Shown one piece after another: positions 9,911 through 23,299 of a DNA stretch of 64,000 nucleotides. Below the pieces are notes generated by a model. It made no database searches, was not told the origin of the DNA, and saw only the letters and a list, made by a program, of their open reading frames with translations. Made by a program: the position numbers and the translations under genes. This DNA comes from Mobula hypostoma. Taxonomy: Eukaryota. The stretch covers positions 8,000,001 through 8,064,000 of the forward strand of contig NC_086109.1 in assembly GCF_963921235.1 (NCBI RefSeq), in the 5' to 3' direction. Within the stretch, counting starts at the first letter, position 1; the number at the start of each line of letters is the position of its first letter.

Positions 9911-11639
9911 GTAAGTTTGCAACTTGTGTTTTGCTGCATTGACATGTGAAGTAGGTAACTGGCTTTGCTTGGACCGGGCGGGGTTACTGCTGGTTTGTTT
10001 GATTTTCCCCTTGTCGCAGTTGGGGGAGATACCCCCGTTCCCTTGGTTGCCATGCCCTTTTCGAAGGTGGGCTGCCATCCTGAGCGTCGACTTCCCAGAT
10101 TTTCTTTGAAAAATGGGAACTGATCGCAATTAATTTCTGAAGAGAAGCTGGATTTTCTGTGTGTGTGTGCGTGTGTTTCGGGAGGAAAATATTTTCAGCA
10201 GCTGCGTCTTTTATTTGTAAGAGCAACATTTGATTAACTGTGTTGCAAAAGTCTCGTCATCTGAATGGAAAAAATGTTCAGCGTGGATCGTTTCCCCCCC
10301 TCTCAATGAGGAGCGTGCTTTGTTCATTAAATTATTTTTTTTCCTTCTTCTGGATTGTTCTTAATGACTGCTGTTTATTATCCTGATCGCTTGCATCACT
10401 GTTTATAGCGGCTCCATTAGATGCACACCTCTCAGCAGGAACGTGTGGGTTTTTTTTTCCCCTATCGAGTGTCCTTGACTTTTCTTTTAGGACACCGTGC
10501 ATTGCAGGACGTCGTGGTCGGTTTGCACACTTAATCTCTGTGTATGGGAAGGATTAAACATATTGTAGGTGTATCTACACCCAAACCGTAGTGTATTACA
10601 GTGCAGGTATATTGGGTGATGGGGAGGGACGCAGGAAGGGGGCGGGGGGGGGGAGGTTTGGGATCTACATTGCAAAGCTGCGTTTCCAAATTGTTCGCCA
10701 GAGCTGATAATGAGCGAGTTTCCATCCTCCCTAACTTTTCCGATCTCCCCCCCGCATCCAAGCAAGGAAATCGTTCAACGCCGGCATTCCCGAATAAATA
10801 GAAAGCTTTTTCGAAATGGTGTGCGGAGAGAGGGCGACAGAGGAAATAATTGGGACTAATAAACTGGTAGATGGGTTTTCACTTACCTTCCAACCTCACG
10901 CTGCAACAGTCCCTGTTCCATCCCGGCACCATACCCCCAAGTTCAGGGATGGAACCGGGAATCCCCAAAAAAAAAATCATTTCAGGTATCAGAGATTTTC
11001 CTTGATTTCTCTGCAGGAGCCTTATTTGAGCATTCCTGAGGTGTAACAACACTGTAATCTTCAGCATCCTTCACTGTGGGCAGGGACCGTCAGAGAATTA
11101 GAAGGATCTCTAAGCATTGTGATTTTTTTTTTGGCTCTTTAACCCCGTGGTGTGGCTGTAAATTCTCTGCAGACCTTTCTGAGTTTGGGAAGCATTTTTC
11201 CCTGTTGCTCATTGCCATGCTGGTAACGTGACCACTGTGGAGTCGATACTACCCTTTGTACGTGACCAGGATGAAGGAAACAGTGTCTGCAGAGGTGTCC
11301 CTACGATCGGTATTAAATCCTGAAATGTGCTTGCTGTATTGGCAACATGGCCGGGTAACTTTCACCTCTGGCCGTCTGATATTGGAGGATTACCCCCATC
11401 TTGTGTCCCCCAGGATCAATCTCCAGAGAAGCCAATTCTTAAAATGCTGAATAGGGCTTGTTAATGAAATATTTTACAGTCGCAAATAATTTCCAATTGT
11501 TTGCAATTAGATCCATAATTTCATTGTAGTGGTTCTTTGTATAACGTATTCCAATATAAAATGTGGAGCTGAACTGATGAAGTTATTTTGGCTGGATAGA
11601 CCCGCTGAATAGTGTTATGTTGCTTGCTTCATCTCATGT

Positions 11640-12140
11640 GTGTTCCCTTTAGAACAGAGCTGAGGAGGAATTTCTTTAGCCAGAGGGCAGTGAATCTGTG
11701 GAATTCAATGCCACAGACGGCTGTGAAGGCCAAGTCGTTGGGCGTATTTAGAGCGGGGGTTGATAGGTAGGTTCCTGATTAGTAAGGGCGTCAAAGGCTA
11801 CAGGGGAAAGGCAGGAGACTGGGGGTGAGAGGGATAAGTGATCTGGGTTCAGTTCCCTCAGCTGCCTGTGAGAAGTTTGTATGTTCTCCCCGTGACCACG
11901 TATGTTTCCTCCGGGTGTCCCAGTTTCCTCCCACAGTCCAAAAACATACTGGTTGGTAGGTTAATTGGTCTTTGTAAATTGTCCCATGGTTAGGCTAGGG
12001 TTAAATGAGGGATTGCTGGGAGGTGCAGCTCCGAGGGCCAGCAGGGCTAATTCCGCTCTGTATCTCAATTAAAAAAAAATCAGCCACGATGGAATGACTG
12101 GGCAGACTCGATGGGCTGAATGGCCTGTTTCTGCTCCTGT
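11640..12140 (+). mobile_element. CR1 3' end with nested V-SINE (~11843-12075)
   Basis: ccctttagaacagagctgaggaggaatttctttagccagagg...; CR1 tail resumes at aatcagccacgatggaatg after the SINE. Confidence 0.75.
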
Positions 12141-12635
12141 GACGTACGTTAATGTCAGTATGTGTTCTGTGGAACTGAGCAGAGATGGTGTTCATTTAAT
12201 TGACTTGTATCCAAATGCAGTAAATAGTTAAAAGTCATTAATTTTAAATGTAGGAATTATTAGAAATGCACTGCATCAACCGTTTAAAAGCTAGTGTGAT
12301 AAACAGTGGCATTCCAGTTGTAATTTTCACATTAATAAAACACTGACCAATTTTAACTGTTATGTTTAAATTCTGTGAGTTGAGAACGTCAAAATGGCAC
12401 AAGGTTCGAAGTTTCAAACATAGCATTGGCTGGCTTTTGTATCAGCATTACACCATTGTGAGTATTAAACTGTTATAATTTGTAATCCAGCTAAACTTCA
12501 GAGTACATTAAAATCTATCTGGAAATTCTTTGTTTCATTTATGGATCACTTTGGAATCAGTAATCGGGCAACGTATTTTTTTTCCTGCAACATTTCCTGA
12601 CCTGGTCTGCCAACATAGCCTAAGCGATCAATAGT

Positions 12636-13050
12636 GGGCATCACAGTAGCCCAGCGCTATTACAGCTTGGGAATTCCAGAGTTCGGAGTTGAGTTCTGGC
12701 TCCATCTATGAGGAGTTCGTACATTTTTCATGAGACTGCATGGGTTTTCTCTGGGGGGGGGAGGGGTGGTGGCACGGTAGCATAGTGGTTAACACAAGGC
12801 TTTACAGAACCAGCGACCCCGGGTTCAGTTCCCACCGCTGTCGTTAAGGCATTTCCATGTTCTCCCCGTTGCAGCATGCGTTTCCTCCGGGTGCTCTGGT
12901 TTCCTCCCACAGTCCAAAGACCCATCGGTTTGTGTGTTAATTAGTTGTTGTAACTTGTCCCGTGATCAGGCGAGGGTTAAATTAGGGGTTGCTGGGTGGC
13001 AAGGCTCGAAGGGCCGGATGGGTCTTTTCCGAGCTGTACTGTCAAATACA
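12636..13050 (+). mobile_element. Two adjacent V-domain tRNA SINEs (partial plus full)
   Basis: Two tRNA-like heads (~12636, ~12767) and V cores. Confidence 0.7.
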
Positions 13051-13413
13051 AAGTGCTTTAATTAGTTGATTTTTATAATAATGAGGCATGACCTTTGGCT
13101 TTTGTTGGAAATAGGAGAATGGAGATTTTGAAGTTAAACTTTTAAGAGCTTTACTATAACAGCTGCCACCCATGGGACTGCTATGGATGCCTCTGCCAAA
13201 TTTGAGATCATAGAGGAGATTTTAGTTTCATTGGAACAGAATGAATCCAGTGTCATTTATATTCATAATAACCAGAAATATTCAAAATAACCAGTTAATG
13301 ATCAAAGCACTAAATTATTATAATTGCTTCTTTGCATATGTTATGTGAATGGACAATCAAAAGCAACTCGCTTATCTTAGTAGATCTAAAAGGAAACAGT
13401 TGTTCTCTCTTAA

Positions 13414-13880
13414 AGCAACACATACGCAAACACCTTGTATTCCGTCTGGGTAGCCTTCAACCTGATGGCACGAATGTCGATTTCTCAAACTTCTGGTAAT
13501 TTCTTCCCCCTTTCTCTTTCACCGTTCCCCATTCCTGTTTCTCCCCCTCTCACCTTGTCTCCTTATTTGTCCATCACCTCCCTCTGGTACTCCTCCCCCC
13601 TTCCCTTTCATCCATGGTCTTCTGTCCTGTCCCATCAGGTTTCCCTTTCTCCGGCCCCTTACCCCTTTCATCAACCAACTTCCCAGCTCTTTACCTCACC
13701 CCGCCCCACCCTCCCGGTTTCTCCTATCACCTACCACCTTGCTTTTTTTTTTACCCCCAGTCTTGATATGAGGAGTCTAGGCTCAATATCAATTGTTCGT
13801 TCTTTTCCATAAATACTATCTGGTCTGCTGAGTTCCTCCAGCATTTTGGATTCCCAGGATCTGCAGATTTTCTGGTGTTT
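13414..13880 (+). mobile_element. Penelope-like element 3' fragment: GIY-YIG endonuclease C-terminus, CT-rich UTR, pLTR
   Basis: 13428-13499 translates KHLVFRLGSLQPDGTNVDFSNFW*, resembling PLE ORF ends (L-x-P-x-G-x-N); followed by a pyrimidine tract and the ctgctgagttcctccagc pLTR motif. Confidence 0.75.
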
Positions 13881-14234
13881 GTATTCTCCTTTGGAGCCAT
13901 TTTTATGTTTTTTTCTGTCCACTTGTCTATTGTGTACCTTCAGCATCACCTTGGTGAAGGTGATCCTCAGTTAGACATGAGGTTTGTTGGTTAGGCCTGC
14001 GTTAACCTGCTCCCTTAGGTATGTTGTTTTGGCTGGGATGGGATCTAGACACCTTTCCCTGTCTGGGGGATGTGTGCTGACTCCCTCGTTTTCTCCCTGA
14101 GGTTCAGCATTGGACGTGTGAGTATTCCTCCCCCTGCTTTTGGATTGTTCAGGGACGTGGCCGTCGCCAATGTTTCTTATCCGTCTCGAGTAGTCTGTTC
14201 AGCACATGTGGGTGTGTGTGGAGTCACATAAAAA

Positions 14235-14570
14235 CCTCTCATTGAAACCTCACAAATACTGAAAGGCCTAGGTAGAGTGGACATGGAGAGGATGTTGCCT
14301 ATAGTCGGGGAGTCTCGGACCAGAGGGCACAGCCTCAGAATAGAAGGGCATCCCTTTAGTACAGAGATGAGGCATTTCTTAGCCAGAGGGTGGTGAATCT
14401 GTGGAACTCGTATATTTAAAGCAGAGGTTGATAGAATCCTGATTTCGTAAAGATGTCGGAAGGGAGAAGGCAAGAGAATGTGTTTGACAGGGGTAATAAA
14501 TGATCTAATGGTAGAGTTGACTCAATAGGCTGGATGGCCCAATTCTGCTCGAATGTATTTCGGTCTTGTG
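14235..14570 (+). mobile_element. CR1 LINE 3' end
   Basis: gaccagagggcacagcctcagaatagaagggcatccctttag (TRGHSLRI motif) plus tail. Confidence 0.75.
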
Positions 14571-15067
14571 AGTTGGCGAGGCAGATTTCCTTCTCGGAGG
14601 ATATTAGTGAACAGGGTTGTTTTTTTTTGTGAAAATCTGGTAGTTACAATTACTGAGAGGAGCTTTTTAAATTACATTTAATTTATTAAATTTAAATTCC
14701 CCAGCTGCCACGGGATGATTGAAACTCGTCTCTAGGTCAGTGGATGTTTAAACATTACAGCGGGACTGCTCCCAGTCTGCATGTATGATGCAGTGCTTTC
14801 ATGCTGCAGTATGAGGCTGATGTGTGGTTGAAATGACTCGCCTGTACATAGTGATCTGTGCTGGGTTGCGTGAGCTATGATGTGTCTTTACCAGTCTTGT
14901 TTTCCCATTAGTAGAGCTGATTCATTCACAGAGGAGATTTGACCTAAAATAGAAAAAATTGTCGCATGTGCAAGCTGAGTTCTTTAGCTGTGCATCATGT
15001 ACATGTATGTCTGTATGTTTATATATACACATATTCACATATGTATCTATGTGTGTATATGTATGTA

Positions 15068-15247
15068 CACTTAATGGCCACTTTATTAGGTACATCTGTA
15101 CACCTTGTTGACGCAACTATCTAATCAGCCAATCATATGGCAGCATAAAAGCATACAGACATGGTCAGGAGGTCCAGTTGTTTAGACCCAAATATCAGAT
15201 TGGGGAAGAAATGTGATCGAAGTGACTTTGCCCATGGAATGATTGTG
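15068..15247 (+). mobile_element. Tc1-like DNA transposon left-end fragment
   Basis: TA then cacttaatggccactttattaggtac; same family as 46066-46618. Confidence 0.7.
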
Positions 15248-15845
15248 GGTGAGTGCAGTTGCTACTACGAGGGAGAGTGTGCTTGGGAAACTGAAAGGTC
15301 TGGAGGTAAATAAATCACCTGGACCAGACGGATTATGCCCCAGGGTTCTAAAAGAGGTAATTGAAGAGATTATGGAGGCATTAGTAATAATCATTAAAGA
15401 ATCACTATATTCTGGCATGGTTCCAGAGGACTGGAAAATTGCAAATGTCAGCCCATTCTTTAAGAAAGGATATCATAAGCCAGTTAACTTCCTCAGTGGT
15501 TGAGAAGATATTGGAGGTGATTGTTACTTGGAGACATATGATAAAATAGACCAAAGCTGGCATGGCTTCTTTAAAATAAAATCTTGCCTGATAAATCTGT
15601 TGGAATTCTTTGAGGAAAATACAAGCAGGATAGACAAAGGAGAATCAGTGGATGTTGTGTACTTGGATTTTCAGAAGGCCTTTGACAAGGTGCTGCACGT
15701 AAGGCTGCTTAACAAGATAAGAGCTCATAGTATTACAGGAAAGATACTAGCATGGATAGAACATTGGCTGATTGACAGGAAGCAAAGAGTGGTAGTAAGG
15801 GGAGCCTCTTCTGACCGGCTTCCGGTGACAAGTGGTGTTCTGCAG
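15248..15845 (+). mobile_element. CR1 ORF2 (RT N-terminal part) fragment
   Basis: ORFs 15243-15503 (KSPGPDGLCPRVLKE...VPEDWKIANV) and 15528-15878 (VDVVYLDFQKAFDKV). Confidence 0.85.
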
Positions 15846-15849
15846 GTTC

Positions 15850-17060
15850 AGGCATTGGTGTTTCCATACCATATGTGATGCAGCCAGTCAGTATACTGTC
15901 CACCACCCATCCGTAGAAGCTTTGCATAGCTTTAGACGACATGCCAAATCTTCACAAACTCCTAAGGAGGTAGAGGTGCTGCCATGCTTTCTTCGTAACT
16001 GCACTTGCGTGCTGGGCCCAGGACGGGTCTTCTGAAATGATAAAGTAGCTGATCCTTTCCACCACTGATCCCCTGATGAGGACTGGCTGATGGAAGATCA
16101 ACAATCAGCTCTTTGGCCTTGCTGTCATTGAGTGAGAGGTTGTTGTTGTAGCACCACTCAACCAGATTTTTAATCCCCCTCCTATATGCTGATTCCTTTC
16201 CACCTTTGATTCAGCCAACAACAGGTGGTGTTGTCAGCAAACTTGAATGTGGCATTGGAGCCGTGCTTAGCCACACAGTCATGAGTGTAAGGCGAGTAGA
16301 GCAGGGGACTAAGCACACAGCCCTGCTGTACATCTGTGTTGATGGAGATCGTGGAGGAGATGTTGTTGCCAATCTGATTTGACTGGGGCCTGCAAGTGAG
16401 GAAATCAAGGATCCAGTTGCACAAGGAGGTATCATAGCCAAGGTTTTGAAATTTATTGATTTAGTTTTGAGGGGATGATAGTGTTGAATGCCAAGCTGTA
16501 GTTGATATAGAGCATCTCGATGACGGCATCTTCACAGTCCAGATGTTCCATGGTTGAGTGAAGAGCCAAAGCAATGGCATCTTCTGTGCAGCCGTTCTGT
16601 CGGTAGGCAAATTGGAGTGGAACCCAGTTGCTCCTCGGGCGGGAGTTGATGTGTTTACCACCAACCTCTCAAACACTTCATCCTGTGGATGTAAGTGCTA
16701 ATGGACGATCATTTTTGAGGCAGTTTCCATGTTCTTCTTGGGTTCCAGTATAATTGAAGCCTACTTGAAGCAGATGGGTACCTCAGATTACCACAGTGAG
16801 AAGTTAGAAGATCTCAGTGAACACTCCAGCCAATTGATCAGCACAGGTCTTTAGTACTCGGCCGGATATTTTCTGTGGGTTTGCCCTCCTGAAGAATTCT
16901 CACACATTGGCCTCAGGGACTGAAGTCACAGGATCACTGGGAACTTTTGCAGTTTGCGTTGGTTCCTTCATGTTTTGACGGTCAAAGCGAAGGCACTGAG
17001 CTCATCCAGAAGTGAAACTCTGTTGTCACCTATGTCGCTTAATTTCACTTCGTAAGAGGT
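15850..17060 (-). mobile_element. Rex1/Babar LINE reverse-transcriptase fragment (decayed)
   Basis: ORF 16182-16424: [14 protein letters not shown]...[15 protein letters not shown]...FKFADNTT; adjacent frames FERLV; frameshifted. Confidence 0.8.
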
Positions 17061-17408
17061 AATATACACTGAAGCGCTACGGCAACTGGCCTCGTTTCGG
17101 TCCTGTGTTTTATGGAATGCTTGTGTATTGTGGCTGATAATTGGTTGGGTGAGGAAGGTGGAGAGAGATGAGGGGGCGAGAACCTGATTGGGACAGGTGG
17201 CTCCTGAATTCATAGTGGAGGGTTGGCAAGAATGGTCTTAATGTTTGTGGTGGTTCTGCAGCAGCTATGGAGCTGTAAGGATGAGAGGGACTGAACAGTG
17301 TCAGAATATTAAATTCCGGGCTCAGACATCTGAAGCTAGGTGTATAACCCATGTTCTTCTGGCTTGGAAGCGAGTGTGGTAACAACTGAACCGTGGCTGA
17401 TGCTGTAA

Positions 17409-17530
17409 AAAGCCTATGGCACCTGGGATTTCCAGGCAGTCTCCCATCCAAGTACTAACCAGGCCTAAACCTGTTTAGCTGCTGACATCAGATGAGATTG
17501 GGCATTTTCAGGCTAGTCTGGCAATTAGAA
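17409..17530 (-). pseudogene. 5S rRNA full-length solitary copy, probably a pseudogene
   Basis: Minus strand ...gccagactagcctgaaaatgcccaatctcatctgatgtcagcagctaaacaggtttaggcctggttagtacttggatgggagactgcctggaaatcccaggtgccataggcttttt aligns by eye with vertebrate 5S rRNA; CpGs decayed; T5 terminator at 17407-17411. Confidence 0.9.
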
Positions 17531-18104
17531 CAGAGGCGTCAAAACTCTTTAATGAGCAGCATTGTTAGGCAAAGATAAAACATGTCATTCTTTTCTTTTG
17601 TTTGCAACTTCTACTTGGGTTTTGGGAAGTGGCTGTTTAAAATATTTATTAGCGATGCAAAATGTGCCTTAATTTGGTATGAAATGTCGACACAGTGCTC
17701 TGGCTTTCTTCTCTTGCACTGTTTAACAAAACATAACTTAATTATTTAATAGGCTTTACATAAATAATTTCAAAGTGTGTTTATTAATGTGTCATTGCAA
17801 AAGAGTTTGCATTGGTATTTGTCTCTTTAAGAACAGACTAAGCTGGCTTTCAACAATGGCCCACTAACAGTGATGGCCACATCTTGGGCCCTGTGGTGAG
17901 TGGTCTATATGAATGTCTGTAACCTTTTGATAGCTCACTCCTGAATTCGGTGTCAAAAAAAAGTGAAGAAACAAAACTCTGGTAAGTTTATCAATAGTTG
18001 ATGATTGTGCTAATTATTTGTCCTGCCTTGTTTGTTACAATGATAAACAGTTGGGATTTATCCTCTTTAGGATTCTGGTTTAGCTTTGCAATGTCAAAGT
18101 CTTT

Positions 18105-18380
18105 GTTTTATTTTGGGCTGCAGTGCAGGATGGGCCCTTCTGGCCCACCGAGCCATGCTGCCCAGTAATCCACTTGTTTAATCCAAGCCCAGTCACAGGG
18201 CAATTTACAATGACCAATTAACCGAGTAAACGATATGCCTTTGGACTGTGGGAGGAAACCAGAGCACCTGGAGGAAACCCACATGCAGACGGGAAGAACA
18301 TACAGATTCCTTCTAGATGGCTTTGGACTTGAACTCCAACACCCCAAGCTGTAATAGGTTGCACTAACCACTACCCTATG
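18105..18380 (-). mobile_element. V-domain tRNA SINE
   Basis: Reverse-complement V core ttggactgtgggaggaaaccagagcacc. Confidence 0.75.
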
Positions 18381-18749
18381 GCAAAGTAAATTTATTATCA
18401 AAGTACTTGCATGTCACCATCTGCCATCTTGAGATTCATTTTCTTCCGGGCTTTTGCAGGAAAATAATTACAATTTATGGAAACCATAAGTAAAAACTGA
18501 CAAATAACCAATGTGCAAATAAATGAATAATACTGAGAACATGAGTTGTAGAGTCCTTGATGGTGAGTCTACAGGTTGTGGAATTGGTTCAGCGTTTAGT
18601 GAAGTTGTTCTCTTCGGCTTCGAGGGCAACTTCAGAAGGATGTCCTTTTGTAGATGTCTGTGGTGATGCCTCAGAAAGACATCATCCATCATGAAGTACC
18701 CTCACCATTCAGGAAATCCCTCTTTTCATTATTAACATCAGGGAAGAGG

Positions 18750-19185
18750 TCATCGTGTCTCGTGTTGTATGAAGTGGGCGATCATGATCTTCCATCTGAC
18801 TTTAATCTCTGCCTGTAGGAAAGTCCCCCTTCATGCTGTTGCTCTTAATCTTTTCTCTGTCCGAGACAATGATTGTTCTTGGCAATTTTTCTACAGAAGT
18901 GGTTTGCCATTATCACTGGGCAGTATCTGTACAAGATGGGTGACCCCACCCATTATCAATACTCTTCAGAGGTTGCCTGCTTGGCATCAGTGGTTGCACA
19001 ACCAGGACTTGTTATGTACACCAGCAACTCATACGACCATCCACCACCTGATCCCGTTATTTCACCTAACCTTGATCGGTGGGGGGGGGGGTGGTTGTGT
19101 ACACCTTGCCCAAGAGGGACTTGCAGACTAGCAGAGGGAAGGAGTGCCTTGCACCTCCTTTAGTAGAGACGTATCTCCACCCTGT
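18750..19185 (-). mobile_element. RTE-related non-autonomous retroposon, family copy 2
   Basis: Reverse complement of the 4556-4945 family. Confidence 0.65.
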
Positions 19186-19844
19186 ACAGGAGCCTGGATA
19201 TCGAGAACATGAGTTGCAGAGGCCTTGAAAGTGAGTCTGTAGGTTATAGAATTAGTTCAGTGTTAAGGTGAGGGAAGTTATTCACACTGGTTCAGGAGCC
19301 TGATGGTTGTAGGGTATAACCATTCCTCAGCTTCATGGTGTGCAGCACTGGTACCTCCTGCCCAGTGGTAGGAGTGAGAAGACACCATGCTCTTTCTCTC
19401 TTACTACCATTGTGACATGCATCAGTGTTAGTGGTACTTGCGTTGTCTAGGCCACCGCTGTGCCTTCATTGCTTATTTTATTCCTGTCTTTTTGTGGATG
19501 TTCTGCCCTATTGCATCTGAAATCAGAAGACTTGGCAGTTTGAAAAACACTGCACTTGTAATATTCAAAGTTGAGTTTATTGTCATAGATACAAGTTCAT
19601 ATATGCATAGCTGAACTGAAAATCTTGCTTGCAGCAATGTCACAGTCTTTTTGGAGTGAACAAGGGAAACATTCCTCCAGGCAAGGGCTTGGCAGAGATG
19701 TGGCAGGTGATGCAAGATTATTGGTTAATTGTGCCACTGAGGCCTCGGGTTTCGAAAACTGCACTCATGAATAAAGATTGGTCTGTTGAGTTGGATTACC
19801 CTTGATCTGGAAGCAGAGGGTATTCGGTGCTTTAATAAAAATTA

Positions 19845-20170
19845 AAGATTAGCTTTATGTGTCACATGTACATCAAAACATACAGTGAAATGCATCGTTT
19901 GTGTCAATGACTAACATCGTCCGAGGATGTGCTAGGGGCAGCCCATAATTGTTGCCATACTTCTGTTGTCAACATAGCCTGCAAGCCTGCCCACGGCTTA
20001 CTAACCCTAGTGAGGTATGTCTTTGGAACTTGAGAGGAAACCAGAGCACCCGGAGGAAATCCACGTGGTCACAGGGAGAACATAGAAATTCCTTGCAGGC
20101 GGTGGCAGGAAATGAGCTGCAATCTTACCACTGGCACTGTGAAGTGTTGTGCTATTCACTGCGCTACCCG
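19845..20170 (-). mobile_element. V-domain tRNA SINE with alternative tail
   Basis: gattagctttatgtgtcacatgtacatc tail plus V core. Confidence 0.7.
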
Positions 20171-21439
20171 TAGGATTGCTATAGTTCATAATATCCCTAA
20201 TCAAACAAAGTCAATGCATTGCATCCTCAGTATCAAGTTTCCAGAAGGAATGAGAGTGGAGATGTGGAAACATTGGAACCTGTAGCTTCCCGAGGCGTGG
20301 TTGTCCTGCTAAAGGGGTGGACCAGTTGATTACAAAGTAAGTTTATTATGAAAGTGCGTATATGTCACCATATACTACCTTGAGATTCTTTTTGTAGGCA
20401 TTAACAGAAAAATAAAGGAATACAATAGAATTTATGAAAAACTATACATAAAGGCTGATCAATCAAGAATAGGAGTAGTAGTGTCATTGAAAGTGAGGGT
20501 GTAGGTTGTGGAATCAGTTCATAGTTGAGGTTGGTAGAGTTATCCATGGCTGCATTCAGTGACGATCACTTGTATATCAGCCCTTCATCCACAGTTAACA
20601 AAAGAACTTGGAAGACTGGGTGGACAGAGAATTACTTACATTTACAAAGTGCTTCCCGGGATCTTGATTCTGCATGTGCTTCTCTCGCGAAATGCTACAT
20701 GTCAGGGTGCCTGCCGGTGTGTAGGAGTCCCTGAGCTAAGTTTTCACAGCGGGGTCCTGCATCTAGAATGAAAGAATTGCTTAGGATGTTGGCCAGAATA
20801 ATTCCAGAGCCATCTTGCTTTTTTGGATTATGGTACATTGGTCTCTTTCCTCCTTTGCCAGAAACACCCACATCCTATTATTTATACATTGTTTGTGCTC
20901 TGCCTGCATCATCAAAGGGCACTAGTCTCCCAGGCTTTGAGGACAACTTAAAAACGATGTCCCTTTGTAGATATCCTCAGTGATACATCCATCTCGAAGG
21001 ACTCTCACCATCCAGGACATGTTCTCTTCTCATCGCTACCATCAGGGAGGAGGTACAGGAGCCTGAAGACACACACTCAATGATTTAGGAACAGTTTCTT
21101 CCCCTTCGCCATCAGATTTCTGAACAGTGCAAGAATACCACTGCAGCAAAATAACAAAATTTCACAAAAATGTGTCAGCGATAATAAACCTGATTCTGAA
21201 ATCCAACATTTGTTGTCCTTGAATAGTAAAGCGGAGCCATTTTTGGGTCTTGAGTCAGATGGCAGAGGGGACATTCCTTGGAGACAGTATTAAACCAGAA
21301 AAGGGTTTCCAGGCACTAGGGAGTTTCATCCATTGCACTTTTTTTAAACTCCCACCATGCTGATTTGATTCAATTCATGTGATTAGACTCTAGTTTCTGA
21401 CTGTCCAAATGTGGCCCAGTTCAGAATCAGGTTTATTAT

Positions 21440-21790
21440 CAGGGGAACAGCAGAGACGGGTTACACCCAGTGGGCCTTCTACTCTGGTGAGATAGGGACA
21501 TGCCTGTCCCAGCTCCTCGGATTGGGCGGCTGAGATCAGCAGTGAATCCGGTGGCTGGGAAGGCAGCTTTGCAACACTCCATGGAGATCGAAGGACATGA
21601 CAAGATACAGAAGATGTCATAGTCATCCACTGCAACCAAGGAAGACCTCAGTTTGTGGTAACTATTCATACCACTGGACCCAGACTTCCAAGGTCAAGAG
21701 AGTGGAACTGCCTCATTGCAACGGCTTTCCCACTTTAAAAACTCTCTGGCACGGGTCTCTTGTCACTGTTGGATATGATGGATAACCACC
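21440..21790 (+). mobile_element. Probable RTE 5'-UTR-derived insertion inside a Rex tail
   Basis: Interrupts a gaatcaggtttattatca Rex tail; RTE assignment from recalled similarity only. Confidence 0.4.
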
Positions 21791-22299
21791 TACAAAAAGA
21801 AGTAGTGCAGAAAGAGATCAAAAAAAAGGTGAAGTAGTGTTCATGGACTGTTCAGAAATCTGATGGCAGAGGGGAGGAAACTGTTCCTGTATCGTTGAGT
21901 GTGGGTCTTCAGGCTCCTGTACCTCCTCCCTGATGGCAGAGGAACAAGAACAGGTACATGGAGCTTAGAAAAATAGGGAATTTCTAGGCAGTTTCATGGT
22001 CAGCACAACATTGTGGGCCGAAGGGCCTGTAATGTGTTGTAGATTTCTGCGTTCCAACAGGGTATGGATGGTGAAGGTCCTTAAAGAATGATGCTGCTGC
22101 CTTAAGACACCTCCACTGTCCTTTACGGTGGGGAGGGTTGTGCCTGTGAGGGAACTGCCTGAGTCTAACCCTATGCAGATCCTGTTCACTGGGCTCCCAT
22201 ACCAGACTGTGTTGTAGTTAGTCACGATGCTCTTCACCTGTAGAAATTTGTTACTGTTTGGCATATTGAATCTCCTCAAACCCCTAAAGAAATAGCAAA

Positions 22300-22780
22300 T
22301 TTCTACCGATGTACTGTGGAGAGCATTCTAACGGGCTACAATTCTGTCTGGTATGGGAGTTTACTGCACAGGATCAAAATAAGCTGTAGGGAGTTGTAAG
22401 CTTAACCAGCTCCAACATGGGCACGGGCCTCTGTAGTATCCAGGACATTTTCAAGGTGTCCATCATCAAGGACCCCCACCACCCAGGACTTCTCTCACTG
22501 TCACCATCAGGAAGGAGGTACAGAAGTCTGAAGGCACACACTGCGTGATTCAGGAACAGTTTCTTCCCCTCTGCCATCTGATTTCTGAATGTACATTGAA
22601 CCCATGGACACTACCTCACTATTTATTTCTATTTTTGCACTACTTTTTTAACTATTTTAAAAATACACACATATACTTAATTCAGTTTTTTTCCCGATTA
22701 TTACGTGTTACATTGTACTGCTGCCGCAGAAACAGAATTTCACGACGTATGCTGGTGATATTAAACCTGTTTCTGGTTTC
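22300..22780 (+). mobile_element. Rex1/Babar-type LINE 3' fragment (an opposite-strand fragment lies at ~21790-22290)
   Basis: ttctaccgatgtactgtggagagcattc ... ccatcaggaaggaggtacagaagtctgaagg. Confidence 0.75.
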
Positions 22781-23299
22781 TAAAGTGATCAATCTGTGGA
22801 CGAAATGATCCCACCATGTTACCAATCCTGTGTTAATCCTCCTCTCTAAGTGAGGTTTAGCTGTCCAGCGGATAATTTTTATTTTATTTTGTGTTAATCT
22901 CGCTACGTTCCGCCAGCCTGACTTTCCATTTCTACCCTTTGAGCCCTGGTGTGAGAATGTAATCTCCCTGGATAAGCAATTGTCTGCTCATTGTGCTTTA
23001 AAACCTGCATCAGATCTCCCATTTAAAAAGTGAATGCTGTAAATATTGTGCAACTGCGTTTCCAGCGGTTTTTGTTCTATTTCTGGGAGCTGCTGGGTTC
23101 TGCATCTCATACTTCCTCCATTTGTTCTTTTGGTCTTCCCTCCAGCCCTCATTCCCCTCCCTCCAGTTACACAGCCTCTAGACAAATGGTAGTGGTTAGG
23201 GAACGTTCTTCACCCTCCTTAAGTAATGTTTGAGTCACCTGCATTCCCTTGCTCCCCATCCAATCAGGAGCACTCCACCTGTTCTCCCCATGGCTTTTC

